From a virus, in the IMG/VR virus record IMGVR_UViG_3300037827_000551, positions 1 to 64,000 of that record: DNA of 64,000 nucleotides; one strand, given 5' to 3'. The notes below the pieces were generated by a model that was not told where the DNA came from, ran no database searches, and worked only from the letters and a program-made list of their open reading frames with translations. Shown here piece after piece: positions 26,351 to 35,155 of the stretch. Position 1 is the first letter of the stretch; each line of letters begins with the position of its first letter. A program made the translations under genes and the position numbers.

Positions 26351-26857
26351 TCAGGCTCCAACCTGAATCATTTTTTCAAGGCATTCGAGACAGTTGGCCC
26401 GGATCTCGGCGGAGGACGTGGCGGACTCGGCGTCGCCCTTGGCACACTCGGTGGCGTACCAGGCGGCGCACTTGGCGGCGTACTCGGCGGAATTGGTGGT
26501 GTACTCGGCGTACTCGGCGGACTTGGCGGACTCGGCGGCGTACTTGGCACACTTGGTGGCGTACTTGGTGGCGTACTCGGCGGCGGACTCGGCGGCGGAC
26601 TCGGCACACTTGGCGTACTTGGCGGACTCGGCGGCGTGCTCGGCCGCGTACTCGGCCGCAATTTCCGCTCTTGCAACCATGCACGCCAGATCACACCTTG
26701 TCCCGACGATTCGCGGAATAAACGGCTTCAAGTCATCGCGGTGATTCGCGAATAATTCCGAGTCGTTGAGCTGAGTTACGTATACCCCGATTACAGGGCA
26801 TACGCTCCCATCTCCACCAGCGAGCCGGTCGTCAGTCTGGCTTTTGATCGTCGTCAT
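26351..26857 (-). CDS. Chimeric copy of gene 18-617 with the first 7 codons of gene 26900-27112
   Basis: High nucleotide identity to about 135-590; N-terminal MTTIKSQ identical to the upstream gene. Confidence 0.8.
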   Translation of the reverse strand: MTTIKSQTDDRLAGGDGSVCPVIGVYVTQLNDSELFANHRDDLKPFIPRIVGTRCDLACMVARAEIAAEYAAEHAAESAKYAKCAESAAESAAEYATKYATKCAKYAAESAKSAEYAEYTTNSAEYAAKCAAWYATECAKGDAESATSSAEIRANCLECLEKMIQVGA

Positions 26858-26899
26858 CGCGTTCGGTCTCCGTTCGGGGTTCGGGGTTCGTGGTGAGTT

Positions 26900-27112
26900 T
26901 CAAAGTCCCAAAAATCCGTCCTTGAACCGCACTTTGTACTGCGAGCTGATCGCCCGTGCCCGGAAGATCAGGTTTCCCAGGATGACGGCGTGATTGTTGC
27001 GATCAGTGGCCGACCGGTCCGCGTCCTGGGAAACCTGATTCGCGAATTCGATCCGGCTTCTAAGGCTCGCGATGGCTTTCAGTGCGTCGGCCTGGCTTTT
27101 GATCGTCGTCAT
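26900..27112 (-). CDS. Small early protein, first gene after the strong promoter
   Basis: AAAGGA RBS; follows the promoter at 27156-27184. Confidence 0.7.
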   Translation of the reverse strand: MTTIKSQADALKAIASLRSRIEFANQVSQDADRSATDRNNHAVILGNLIFRARAISSQYKVRFKDGFLGL

Positions 27113-27155
27113 CGTTCGGTCCTTTGTTTGCGGTTTGCGTTTGCCTTACACTTAC

Positions 27156-27184
27156 AATATACCTGGTCTCTATGTATAAGTCAA
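27156..27184 (-). promoter_or_regulatory. Near-consensus sigma70 promoter
   Basis: TTGACT-17 bp-TATATT on the - strand, with an A/T-rich upstream element. Confidence 0.8.
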
Positions 27185-27250
27185 CCTCTTTCTCGGGATT
27201 TTCGGAAAATAATTTTCGAGGGTGAAAATGGCCGTCCATGGCCGTTGCGA

Positions 27251-27691
27251 TCAGACCGTGTGAACAAAATGATATTGCGGCCGGACCGAGAGGGTCGCGT
27301 CGACCAGCTCGTTCGCCGCTACGATGCGTGGGTCGAAAGCCTGGACTAGATCGCACCGGCTGAGAAGATGACGATGGCTGGCCATGAGAGCGCTATGGAA
27401 GTCATCCAGGGTGCCGGAGTAGCCTTTCGCGGATAGGGTCGCGAAGACGTCGTTTATCCACGCCTTTGAGCCGCTGGCGAGCGGCGTGGACTGCGTGGCA
27501 TTCAGGATGATCGCGTCACTGAGCTCGCTGATCGACGGATACAAGATCGGGTCTAGGTCGGTGTTTAGATCGTATAATCGCGCCATCGTGTCCTCATACT
27601 CGCTGGCCGACATCGTGTCGCCTTCGCGACGAAGGTAGGAGACCAGGCTAGCCTTCTCGCTTTTCAGGCTTTCGAGTCTCGCGTTCGTCAT
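27251..27691 (-). CDS. Early hypothetical protein
   Basis: CGGAGAC RBS; C-terminal SKAWINDV...LSRCDLVQA..P pattern. Confidence 0.7.
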   Translation of the reverse strand: MTNARLESLKSEKASLVSYLRREGDTMSASEYEDTMARLYDLNTDLDPILYPSISELSDAIILNATQSTPLASGSKAWINDVFATLSAKGYSGTLDDFHSALMASHRHLLSRCDLVQAFDPRIVAANELVDATLSVRPQYHFVHTV

Positions 27692-27745
27692 GTTCTTGTC
27701 TCCGTGGTTCGTGCCCAGTGTGCTTTCTGTGTGCTCTCTACATAC

Positions 27746-27776
27746 AGTATACGCACTCCGAACCGAAAGTCGACAA
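27746..27776 (-). promoter_or_regulatory. Sigma70-like promoter
   Basis: TTGTCGACT...TATACT on the - strand, with upstream A-tracts organised like the 27156 promoter. Confidence 0.6.
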
Positions 27777-28121
27777 CATTTTTCGGAATTTTTTCAAAAT
27801 AGTTTTTTGGATGCATGCAATGAAGTGGGGTGGGCGAGTCGCTATCCTTATATACTGTGAGCCGATAGCCTACGTGGTGCATGCCGTCCCACGGACGCAC
27901 CACCAGTCCCTAGCGTGGGCCGGCGATGCACCATCAGACCATGGCTAGACACCGGGCTGACGCCGGCCCATGTCGCGAGCTATTGGCTCACTCCATGCTT
28001 GCGGGCTAGTCTTTACCTAACATGCGTTCACGAATGATGCATGCATGACATTAATGGCATCACATAAAGGTCCATCGTAGGTGTTATTCATAAGCGTATG
28101 ATGATTTGAGAGTGCATGCAT

Positions 28122-28200
28122 GGTATAGGGGGTTGATTTTCTGGATGGGTGCAACCACGACCGCTTGCCCCCCACTTACACATTTTTGTGGTCATTTTTC
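28122..28200. other. Probable cos/packaging-site region
   Basis: TATAGGGGGTTGATTTTC...GACCGCTTGCCCCCCAC...CATTTTT immediately upstream of terS resembles HK97-type cos regions; inferred from position and pattern. Confidence 0.5.
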
Positions 28201-28224
28201 GTACCTTGACTCCAGAAATTGACA

Positions 28225-28254
28225 TTGACAAGCCCCTTGCGGCCGACCTAGAAC
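28225..28254 (+). promoter_or_regulatory. Candidate rightward promoter for the packaging genes
   Basis: TTGACA-18 bp-TAGAAC upstream of terS. Confidence 0.4.
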
Positions 28255-28309
28255 CGTGATAACCTGAACCAGAATCGTCCGATCCAATCCTATTTTTTCG
28301 AGGACTCCA

Positions 28310-28729
28310 ATGGCTGTCCGAGGCCAGAAACTCCGATCCGCCGACAATGGCGCGGAACTAACTGTGGACGCAATCAATCATGAAAAACTTGATTCCCCGA
28401 TCAAGCTTTCCAAGGAAGCAAAGGTCGAATACGAAAGGCTTTGCAAGGTTCTCATCGCCCGAGCAACCATCGGTCGCGTCGACCTGTCCGTGATAGCGGA
28501 ATGCGCCAGAATCAAAGACTTGCTCAATCGGGCTCACAAGATGTGCGATCTCAGTCTCGATGCCAAGAACGTTTCAATGGTACGCCAATTCACAGCCCAA
28601 CTCCGTGGTCTGCTTCGCGAACTGGGGCTTACAACCACACCGTCGCGAAACGTTGTTCGGACCATCGCCAAGTCGGGAGCACCGGCCGAGGCCATTGCCG
28701 GCATGATCAAAATTTCGGAGACAGCCTGA
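28310..28729 (+). CDS. terS: Terminase small subunit (P27 family-like)
   Basis: MAVRGQK...P..LSKEAKVEYERL...D...LRELGLTTTPSR; GAGGA RBS. Confidence 0.8.
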   Translation: MAVRGQKLRSADNGAELTVDAINHEKLDSPIKLSKEAKVEYERLCKVLIARATIGRVDLSVIAECARIKDLLNRAHKMCDLSLDAKNVSMVRQFTAQLRGLLRELGLTTTPSRNVVRTIAKSGAPAEAIAGMIKISETA

Positions 28730-29055
28730 TGGACGCGGCTTCCAGACTTCGTGAAATACTGGCGGGAATGACTCGGCAAGAACGATTCAAGATGATGTGC
28801 ATGTCCGGAATCCCCAAGATAATCGAAACCGAAATGCTCGATATCGGCCTCGATGAATTCCATGCGATCCTCGTCGCCATGAACACTCGCGACCGGATTG
28901 GGATGGCAATCCGAGAAAATCCAACCGTGGCCAAGGAGATCCTCAAGGAGATCGATCAAGAGGAGGCCCTGGTCAAGCAATTCACCGACCTCGCAAAATC
29001 CCCCGACACCCGCTCCGGCCACTGGCGGTACGCCGCTGATTCGGAGGATAGATGA
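28729..29055 (+). CDS. Hypothetical protein
   Basis: TGATG overlap with terS. Confidence 0.55.
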   Translation: MDAASRLREILAGMTRQERFKMMCMSGIPKIIETEMLDIGLDEFHAILVAMNTRDRIGMAIRENPTVAKEILKEIDQEEALVKQFTDLAKSPDTRSGHWRYAADSEDR

Positions 29056-29056
29056 C

Positions 29057-29356
29057 ATGAGATGCTGCGACAAGGAGGCAAAGTACCAAGTTACTCCGGA
29101 ACATGTCCTCGAATACGTCTACAGTCGCCGCGCCACCATGACCGTCATTGAGTTTCAAGACCAAGTCATAGCCTCGGTTAGCGTCTTGGACGGACTGATC
29201 AATGCCCATGAAATTGGTATCTTTGGGGCTGTGGAGTCCTGTCTAAAGCAGGAGGCCACCCTTATCGCCCAGGGCAAGATCACAGGTGGGACATCGGTTG
29301 GCGATCGGATTTTGGCTGATCATCGGGATATGCCGAAGCTGGAGGTGGTCTCGTGA
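29057..29356 (+). CDS. Hypothetical protein
   Basis: GGAGG RBS; packed ORF. Confidence 0.55.
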   Translation: MRCCDKEAKYQVTPEHVLEYVYSRRATMTVIEFQDQVIASVSVLDGLINAHEIGIFGAVESCLKQEATLIAQGKITGGTSVGDRILADHRDMPKLEVVS

Positions 29357-29739
29357 TCCCATTCGCCATTTTCGCCACAATCTCATTCGCCGTCTGGTTA
29401 ACCCTCTGGGGCCTCGATCGCTTGCCATGGCGGCGATCCGCCATCCCAGATCCAAAGGTTGATCCAGGGCCATCGATCTCGCTGACGCTCAGTGGGGCGA
29501 CGACATCTTGGACTAACGACACCCGCTTCACAGTCACGGGCCTTACCTCGGCGGTAATGACAATAAAGACGAGTGATACGGGATTCACGATTCTAAAGCC
29601 GGACCCGATCACGCCGGCCCCATTTTTCGGTGACGGCCGCACGATCAATCATGTCCGCGATGGTGATACACCTACGACGATCCCGGGATGGGCGTCGACA
29701 CCGTTCTACCTCGGCGGTAATGACAATAAAGACGAGTGA
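29353..29739 (+). CDS. Membrane-anchored protein with an IPT-like fragment and a 36-bp direct repeat
   Basis: N-terminal TM helix; ISLTLSGATTSWTNDTRFTVTG resembles [18 protein letters not shown] of the 2378-aa protein. Confidence 0.55.
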   Translation: MIPFAIFATISFAVWLTLWGLDRLPWRRSAIPDPKVDPGPSISLTLSGATTSWTNDTRFTVTGLTSAVMTIKTSDTGFTILKPDPITPAPFFGDGRTINHVRDGDTPTTIPGWASTPFYLGGNDNKDE

Positions 29740-29742
29740 TAC
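29544..29742 (+). repeat. Exact 36-bp direct repeat TACCTCGGCGGTAATGACAATAAAGACGAGTGATAC (29544-29579, 29707-29742)
   Basis: Identical copies separated by 127 bp. Confidence 0.9.
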
Positions 29743-30065
29743 TTTGTGGTAAACCCGCCAGGTTTATCGGGCGCAGGAACCGGATCGAGATCTGGGCGTG
29801 CGACTCGTCCGGTTGCTTGGCCGAGAAATTTGAGGTTCTAGACCCGGCGAGCACTCAGTGTACAAGCGACAAAAATCTTGTACACTTAGCGGCAACGGAA
29901 AATTTTGATTTAATAAAGAGACCTGCCACCAAAAGCGAACACGCCCGGTGTAAACGGGCGTGCTGCCTTGAGTTGATTCCAGGATTGGCGTCCTGGAAGG
30001 CGGCAGGTGGACACGATTCCTTAGCCTACAAGGACCGAATCCGTGAAACCAATCGTACCCCCTGA
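29736..30065 (+). CDS. Cys-containing hypothetical protein
   Basis: GTGA overlap; contains the AGTGTACAAG-N10-CTTGTACACT inverted repeat. Confidence 0.45.
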   Translation: MILCGKPARFIGRRNRIEIWACDSSGCLAEKFEVLDPASTQCTSDKNLVHLAATENFDLIKRPATKSEHARCKRACCLELIPGLASWKAAGGHDSLAYKDRIRETNRTP

Positions 30066-31092
30066 CAAGGGAAACGGCAAGTCCACACCACGAAAGATCA
30101 GGTATCCCTTCGACCCGATCCCGAGGCTTGTCGCCGATTTGGTGGCGAAGAGAACACTTCGGGCGATGGACACCCAAGTCCTGACCCTCCTGCTACGCTA
30201 CAGATCGCGCCTGCACGATTCGTGCTGGACGACGCTCGGTCGGCTTGTCGAGGGCGTAGGACGGTCTGAGGCAACCGTTAAGCGATCTCTCCGCCGACTC
30301 AGGGACGCCGGTGTGATCCTGCATGTCCAGGTTGCCAGTCCCGATCCCGACGAACCTCGCAATCGGACCGGGTGGCGGTTCTACTTCCCATTCATGCAAT
30401 CGGATGCCTCGCACGCGTGTGCGCGTAATTTGGGGGTCAATCCCGACCCCCCCCAGAGTGCAGAAATGACCCCCCCTGGGGATCAAGAATGGCCCCCCCC
30501 TGGGGTCAATTTTGACCCCCAAATAGAAACAGAAGGAATTCCCTCCCCTTTGGGGTTAGACAAAATCAACACGACTACGACCTCAGAACCGGAGTCGTCG
30601 TTGTGTGATTCTCCTTCGGATGAAGAAAAAACCACCGAGGAAGAGCAGGCGGAACTGACTTTCAAGGCCGAGAAGCGGTTCAACGCCGAGGGGCTCGATT
30701 GGCAGATCGCCAGCCTCTTGAAAAAGTATCCACGCCATTGGGTGGCGGACGCGCTCAAACGGCCAGGAACCACCACGATGGGTGGCGTCCGCAACACGCT
30801 GGAGGAGTACGTGGAGGGAGGGCGATCGAGGAAACCATCGGCGCCGAAGCGGGTGGAGTTTGACTCGGCCAAGTTCATTGCGACCCTGGATAAACTCGGC
30901 TGGCGGCTGGAGTGGGACAACAAGCTCGGGCCTGATGGCGGCTTGCGGTGGTCGAAAACCCGGAAGGATGCCGAAAAGCCAAGCCCGGAACTCAAGTCTG
31001 AGTATGACACCAACTGGCGCGACATCGCGACATTTGTGCAATCGTCCCATGATTACCTATGCGTGGCGCCGAAGCTGAGAGTGGTCTCGTGA
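30043..31092 (+). CDS. Phage replication initiator-like protein (N-terminal winged HTH, internal iterons)
   Basis: CWTTLGRLVEGVGRSEATVKRSLRRLRDAGVI HTH followed by a repeat-encoded linker. Confidence 0.75.
   Translation: MKPIVPPDKGNGKSTPRKIRYPFDPIPRLVADLVAKRTLRAMDTQVLTLLLRYRSRLHDSCWTTLGRLVEGVGRSEATVKRSLRRLRDAGVILHVQVASPDPDEPRNRTGWRFYFPFMQSDASHACARNLGVNPDPPQSAEMTPPGDQEWPPPGVNFDPQIETEGIPSPLGLDKINTTTTSEPESSLCDSPSDEEKTTEEEQAELTFKAEKRFNAEGLDWQIASLLKKYPRHWVADALKRPGTTTMGGVRNTLEEYVEGGRSRKPSAPKRVEFDSAKFIATLDKLGWRLEWDNKLGPDGGLRWSKTRKDAEKPSPELKSEYDTNWRDIATFVQSSHDYLCVAPKLRVVS
30431..30521 (+). repeat. Four ~22-bp iteron-like repeats (GGGGTCAA-n-GACCCCCC), putative origin
   Basis: GGGGTCAATCCCGACCCCCC, GAAATGACCCCCC, GGGGATCAAGAATGGCCCCCC, GGGGTCAATTTTGACCCCC. 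Confidence 0.75.
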
Positions 31093-31274
31093 CAAAAAAT
31101 CCAAAACTGCTCTTGCACTCCTTGTGCCGATCGCTCAATATCTTAATAGACTCCCAAAATCCCCAGGTTTCACCCTGTGACCAATCGCCGCAACTTCCTC
31201 GAAAAAGCCAGCGTGGCGATAGTCACGCCGACTTATACCGACGGCGAAATCGCTAGTCTCCTCATCACAACCCT

Positions 31275-32894
31275 TTGACCACTTCCGCCACAAAGCCGAA
31301 GCCTAAAAGCCGCGAACCAAAGTCGACGCCGAACCCCGCTGTCGACTTTATTAACGCCCTTCATCACACCGGGGATTTCCACGGCCAGCCGTTCGGCCTT
31401 CGTCCATGGCAAGAACACGGCATCATCAGGAAGATCTTCGACGACAAGGGAAAGCCTAAATACAAAGAGGTATTCATAGGTATTCCAAGAAAATGCGGGA
31501 AAACCGAAATTCTTGGCGCTATCGTCGACTACCTCTTGTTTGGGACCGGGAAACGCTCCCAGCAAATTTACTCAGCTTCCGGTGATCACAAGCAAGCCGC
31601 TCTGATTTACAATGCCGCGACATCCATGATTCGCCAGAGCGAGGCCCTCTCGAACGTCGCCCAGATCTACAAATCGACCAAGCGGATCGAGTGCAATCCG
31701 ACCGACAGTTTCTACGAAGCACTGTCATCTGAGCATGCACTTAAATACGGATTGCGCCCAAGCGTTATCATATTTGACGAGATGTGGGTCTTTCCCAACC
31801 GGGATCTCTATAAGGCTCTCACGTCAGCTTTTGGTGCCACGATCAACCCACTGACGATCACGATCACCACGGCGGGTTGGGACCGCTCCTCGCTTTGCTG
31901 GGAGCAGTGGAAATACGCCACCGATGTCCGCGATGGCCTTGTCGATGACCCGAACTTCCTGCCGATTATTTATGCCGCCGATCCAGAGGACGACTGGACT
32001 TCTGAAGAGACGTGGCGGAAAGCCATGCCGGCTCTTGGCGACTTTTGTCAACTCGACTTCATCAAAAGTGAGTGCAGGAAGGCGCAGCAAATCCCGGCTT
32101 ACGAGAACAGTTTCAAGCAACTTTATCTCAATGTCTGGACCGACCAGGAACAAAAGTGGCTCTCCACCGAAGAGTGGGCCGCATGCAAGGGCGAATTCGA
32201 CAGAATCGTGCTTCCCAACGGTACTCCCTGTGTCGAGCACCTCTATGGCCAGCCGTGCTATGCCGGCCTGGATATGGGCATCACGGGTGACATGGCCTGC
32301 TACTGGATGGTATTCCCCCAGCCTGATGGCAAGGTTCATATTATCGGTCACGGATGGGTCCCATTTGACGGAAAGTGGCGAGATGAGCTTCGTAACAAGG
32401 ATCGGTATATCGAGTGGGAGCGGATGGGGTATCTGACCTTCACCAAAGGTCCTGGCTCTGGCCCGTATCGAGTGGTCGACGAGGATCACATCAAGCGCGA
32501 CATCATCGCGTGGCACCAGAAATACCCGGTTCGCGCTCTTTATGCCGACCGAGCTTATGCAATGGCTTTGATCATCGACCTATTTAACCGCGAAAGCATC
32601 AATATCAAGGGTATTCCCCAGGGAGCCGTCACGCTCAACGAAGCGTGTGTAACCCTTGAGGAAATGATACTGGGCAGACTGATATGTCATGATGGGAATC
32701 CGATCATGAATTGGAACATCGCCAACGCCTCACTGATCCGCACGGTTACCGGCCTAATTTTCCCCAACAAGTCCTCGTCCACCGAGCGCATCGACGGCCT
32801 CGCCGCCCTGATCAACGCCCTGACGGCATACAAGGATGACCCCGAGAATCACGGTGACTCTTACTACAACAATAACCCGATCATGATCTTGTAA
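31275..32894 (+). CDS. terL: Terminase large subunit (HK97/Terminase_1 type)
   Basis: LRPWQ, IPRKCGKT (Walker A), IIFDE (Walker B), ITTAG, YAGLDMG, ERIDGLAA. Confidence 0.95.
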   Translation: MTTSATKPKPKSREPKSTPNPAVDFINALHHTGDFHGQPFGLRPWQEHGIIRKIFDDKGKPKYKEVFIGIPRKCGKTEILGAIVDYLLFGTGKRSQQIYSASGDHKQAALIYNAATSMIRQSEALSNVAQIYKSTKRIECNPTDSFYEALSSEHALKYGLRPSVIIFDEMWVFPNRDLYKALTSAFGATINPLTITITTAGWDRSSLCWEQWKYATDVRDGLVDDPNFLPIIYAADPEDDWTSEETWRKAMPALGDFCQLDFIKSECRKAQQIPAYENSFKQLYLNVWTDQEQKWLSTEEWAACKGEFDRIVLPNGTPCVEHLYGQPCYAGLDMGITGDMACYWMVFPQPDGKVHIIGHGWVPFDGKWRDELRNKDRYIEWERMGYLTFTKGPGSGPYRVVDEDHIKRDIIAWHQKYPVRALYADRAYAMALIIDLFNRESINIKGIPQGAVTLNEACVTLEEMILGRLICHDGNPIMNWNIANASLIRTVTGLIFPNKSSSTERIDGLAALINALTAYKDDPENHGDSYYNNNPIMIL

Positions 32895-32915
32895 TTCACA
32901 TCAAGGGGGAATCCC

Positions 32916-33569
32916 ATGCCTTTGCAAACCAATACGACCGGTGTGTCATTTGTCTACAACAACCTGTCGGCCAGTGTGCAGGCCAACGTCAACGGCAACA
33001 CCAATGCGGTCATTGCCCTGCCGACGGTCACGCAACTCGACACCCAGTCCGCCACGATGATAAGCGGCCGTGTTCCTGGGGGCAGCGCTTTCCGCACCGA
33101 CACGAATGGTGTTGGACCGAACTTCAATTCCGGCGTCGTCATGTTGGACGGCTTTGAAATTCAGGCGGCCCGGCTAACTGGCAGCCAGATCGTCAATGGT
33201 GCCACCAAGTCGGGAGTGTTTTTTGTTATCCTGTCCGGCACCAATGCGGTGACGGTCCCCTTGACCAATACGAGCACCAACACCAACGGCGCGGCGGGCG
33301 ATAACGTTTTTGCCAAATACTACGAAGTTACCCTGTACAATCTCTCTGGCCTCGATGGAAACAATTCCGCGAGCATGACCGTCGGCCCATCGGGAACGAA
33401 CGGCAACAAACTCCAGATGCCACTCACGAACTCAACTCTCACTATCGACGGGGCTTCGGCCCACATACTAAAATCAGTCAACGGCGTCGTGATCAATGCG
33501 GCTAATACGGCGATCACGATCACACCGACCGCCAATTCAACGTTTGCCTGTATTGTCGTGGGAGCGTAA
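32916..33569 (+). CDS. Asn/Thr-rich beta protein, probable virion decoration/structural protein
   Basis: AAGGGGG RBS; extreme N/T/S/G bias. Confidence 0.65.
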   Translation: MPLQTNTTGVSFVYNNLSASVQANVNGNTNAVIALPTVTQLDTQSATMISGRVPGGSAFRTDTNGVGPNFNSGVVMLDGFEIQAARLTGSQIVNGATKSGVFFVILSGTNAVTVPLTNTSTNTNGAAGDNVFAKYYEVTLYNLSGLDGNNSASMTVGPSGTNGNKLQMPLTNSTLTIDGASAHILKSVNGVVINAANTAITITPTANSTFACIVVGA

Positions 33570-33573
33570 GCCA

Positions 33574-33813
33574 GTGAAAACCAGGTCTCTCAAAATCGCC
33601 GCCGACCTTTGGATTGGTATTCTGATGTACCAAAAACCACAGGTTTTCCGTGTCATAAAAAACGCTCTCCCCGAAGACGCCAAATGCGTCGGTCTTGAAT
33701 TTGACCCGTTAGCGAACGTCGTGACAATCAAGATTTCCAGTACCGTTTTTCAAGACAGCGACCCCGACGAACTTCCTCCAGTTCAATTTGAAACATTCCC
33801 GAAAGGACAGTAA
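33574..33813 (+). CDS. Small conserved phage protein
   Basis: ALPEDAKCVGLEFDP...ISS..F motif. Confidence 0.6.
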   Translation: MKTRSLKIAADLWIGILMYQKPQVFRVIKNALPEDAKCVGLEFDPLANVVTIKISSTVFQDSDPDELPPVQFETFPKGQ

Positions 33814-33814
33814 C

Positions 33815-34228
33815 ATGGGCGACATGCTCCAAAAACAAGGCAAAATGACCGGCACCGGCGGCATGGTGTCACCTCAGCGAGTTCCGATGGAATGGATGAA
33901 AGAAAAACTGCCCATGACCAAGGAAAGCCCGCAAGGCCCCGAGGTAACGTCAAAGCCCACGATGCGATCATTGGCCACCGGAGCCGAGTCGCGAGCACTG
34001 GCTCCAATCCCCGGTGATGTGGTGTCAGCCCTCCAAGTCGGCGACCAGGGCGGCTTCCTGGCTGGTGTTCTGGCCAGCCGCCCCAGTGCCGCGACCAGAA
34101 CAGCTCCTGGCGACGACGGCAACCTCTCGATCGGGGCTCAGGGCGAGGAAAAGATAGCCAAGGGCTCGGCGTCACGGACGACGGGTATCCCGGTCAAGGG
34201 CGAAACAATGGGCAAGGGGATGATTTGA
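33815..34228 (+). CDS. Gly/Met-rich disordered protein
   Basis: AAAGGA RBS; low-complexity sequence. Confidence 0.6.
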   Translation: MGDMLQKQGKMTGTGGMVSPQRVPMEWMKEKLPMTKESPQGPEVTSKPTMRSLATGAESRALAPIPGDVVSALQVGDQGGFLAGVLASRPSAATRTAPGDDGNLSIGAQGEEKIAKGSASRTTGIPVKGETMGKGMI

Positions 34229-34942
34229 ATGTGGTGGGCACCCCATCTCCGAATTCCTGGAGTCAGCGTCAGTTGGCTCCAGGATGAATCCGGCCACGGC
34301 GTCTCAGAGATCATCGTTGAGCCGAGTTATTGGGTCGTGAGCGAGATCATTGCATGATCAACCACGAAATCGCCGCATTGTGGGCCAGCATTTGCCCGAC
34401 TCCGAAATTAAAGCGTCGACTCAAGATCGAGTTCAAGTGCGGTGTACAGTGCGACGAACCGGGCCATTATTGTACTCATGCCACCCGCGAAGGGGCCGTA
34501 TTTCACATCGAGGCCACGAATGCGGGAATGCCTCGGAGGATTTTTACGGAGGGCTGTCACTGACATGAGCGATTCCTGGGAAATTAAGCCGCTTCAGTGG
34601 TCTCCTGAAGATCTCGAATTCATTCGGTTGCGAGACGATCTCGACCGCAGAGCGTCTCACGCCAAGACGATCGGCGGGATTTACGGCGTTTCTCCTGTAG
34701 TTTTTGCATGGCACGCAATAGCAGTTGGCTATGCATGCGAAGCAGTTTTCGCCCAACTTGTTGCCAATTCGATGCCGAGACAATCCAGAGGTGAGTAATC
34801 CCCGCTCATCTCCCGAGGAGCAACGACTTGAGCGAGAGCGGTTCGCTGTTCTCGCTCAAGCGTTCGAGCGGGCCAAGGCCGAAATAATTGAGCCGGCTCA
34901 TGCCGCTGTTGCCGCGATGGGTGATTTGGTGAAAAACATCAA

Positions 34943-35155
34943 GTGAAACGCCAGCAACTTCGCGACAACCCGAAGAACCGGCACGATTTCAAGATTGGAG
35001 ACCGGGTCAAGCTTTTGCCATGGGATGACACGTTAGGAACGGTCTATCGAATACCAAGGCGAATCCACGACAGGGTTGACGTTCGGTTTTTCGTCAACGG
35101 GGTTCCCGAGGTTTTCGCAGAATCTATCCCGGTACGCAGACTAGTCAAAATTTGA
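34943..35155 (+). CDS. Small SH3/KOW-like protein
   Basis: FKIGDRVKL...GTV...VDVRF. Confidence 0.55.
   Translation: MKRQQLRDNPKNRHDFKIGDRVKLLPWDDTLGTVYRIPRRIHDRVDVRFFVNGVPEVFAESIPVRRLVKI

Larger units (their letters stand above)
25621..26890 (-). repeat. Repeated start-associated element AACCCCGAAC(CCCGAAC)GGAGACCGA..ATG (copies near 25621, 26013, 26318, 26855; partial copies at 23146, 23458, 24435, 25403, 27110, 27689)
   Basis: Direct sequence comparison of the intergenic regions. Confidence 0.85.

Noticed and set aside
18-26857. Gene 18-617 and its copy 26351-26857 as a DGR template/variable-repeat pair
   Set aside because: Differences are not confined to adenines, both copies are coding, and no reverse transcriptase is visible in the window.
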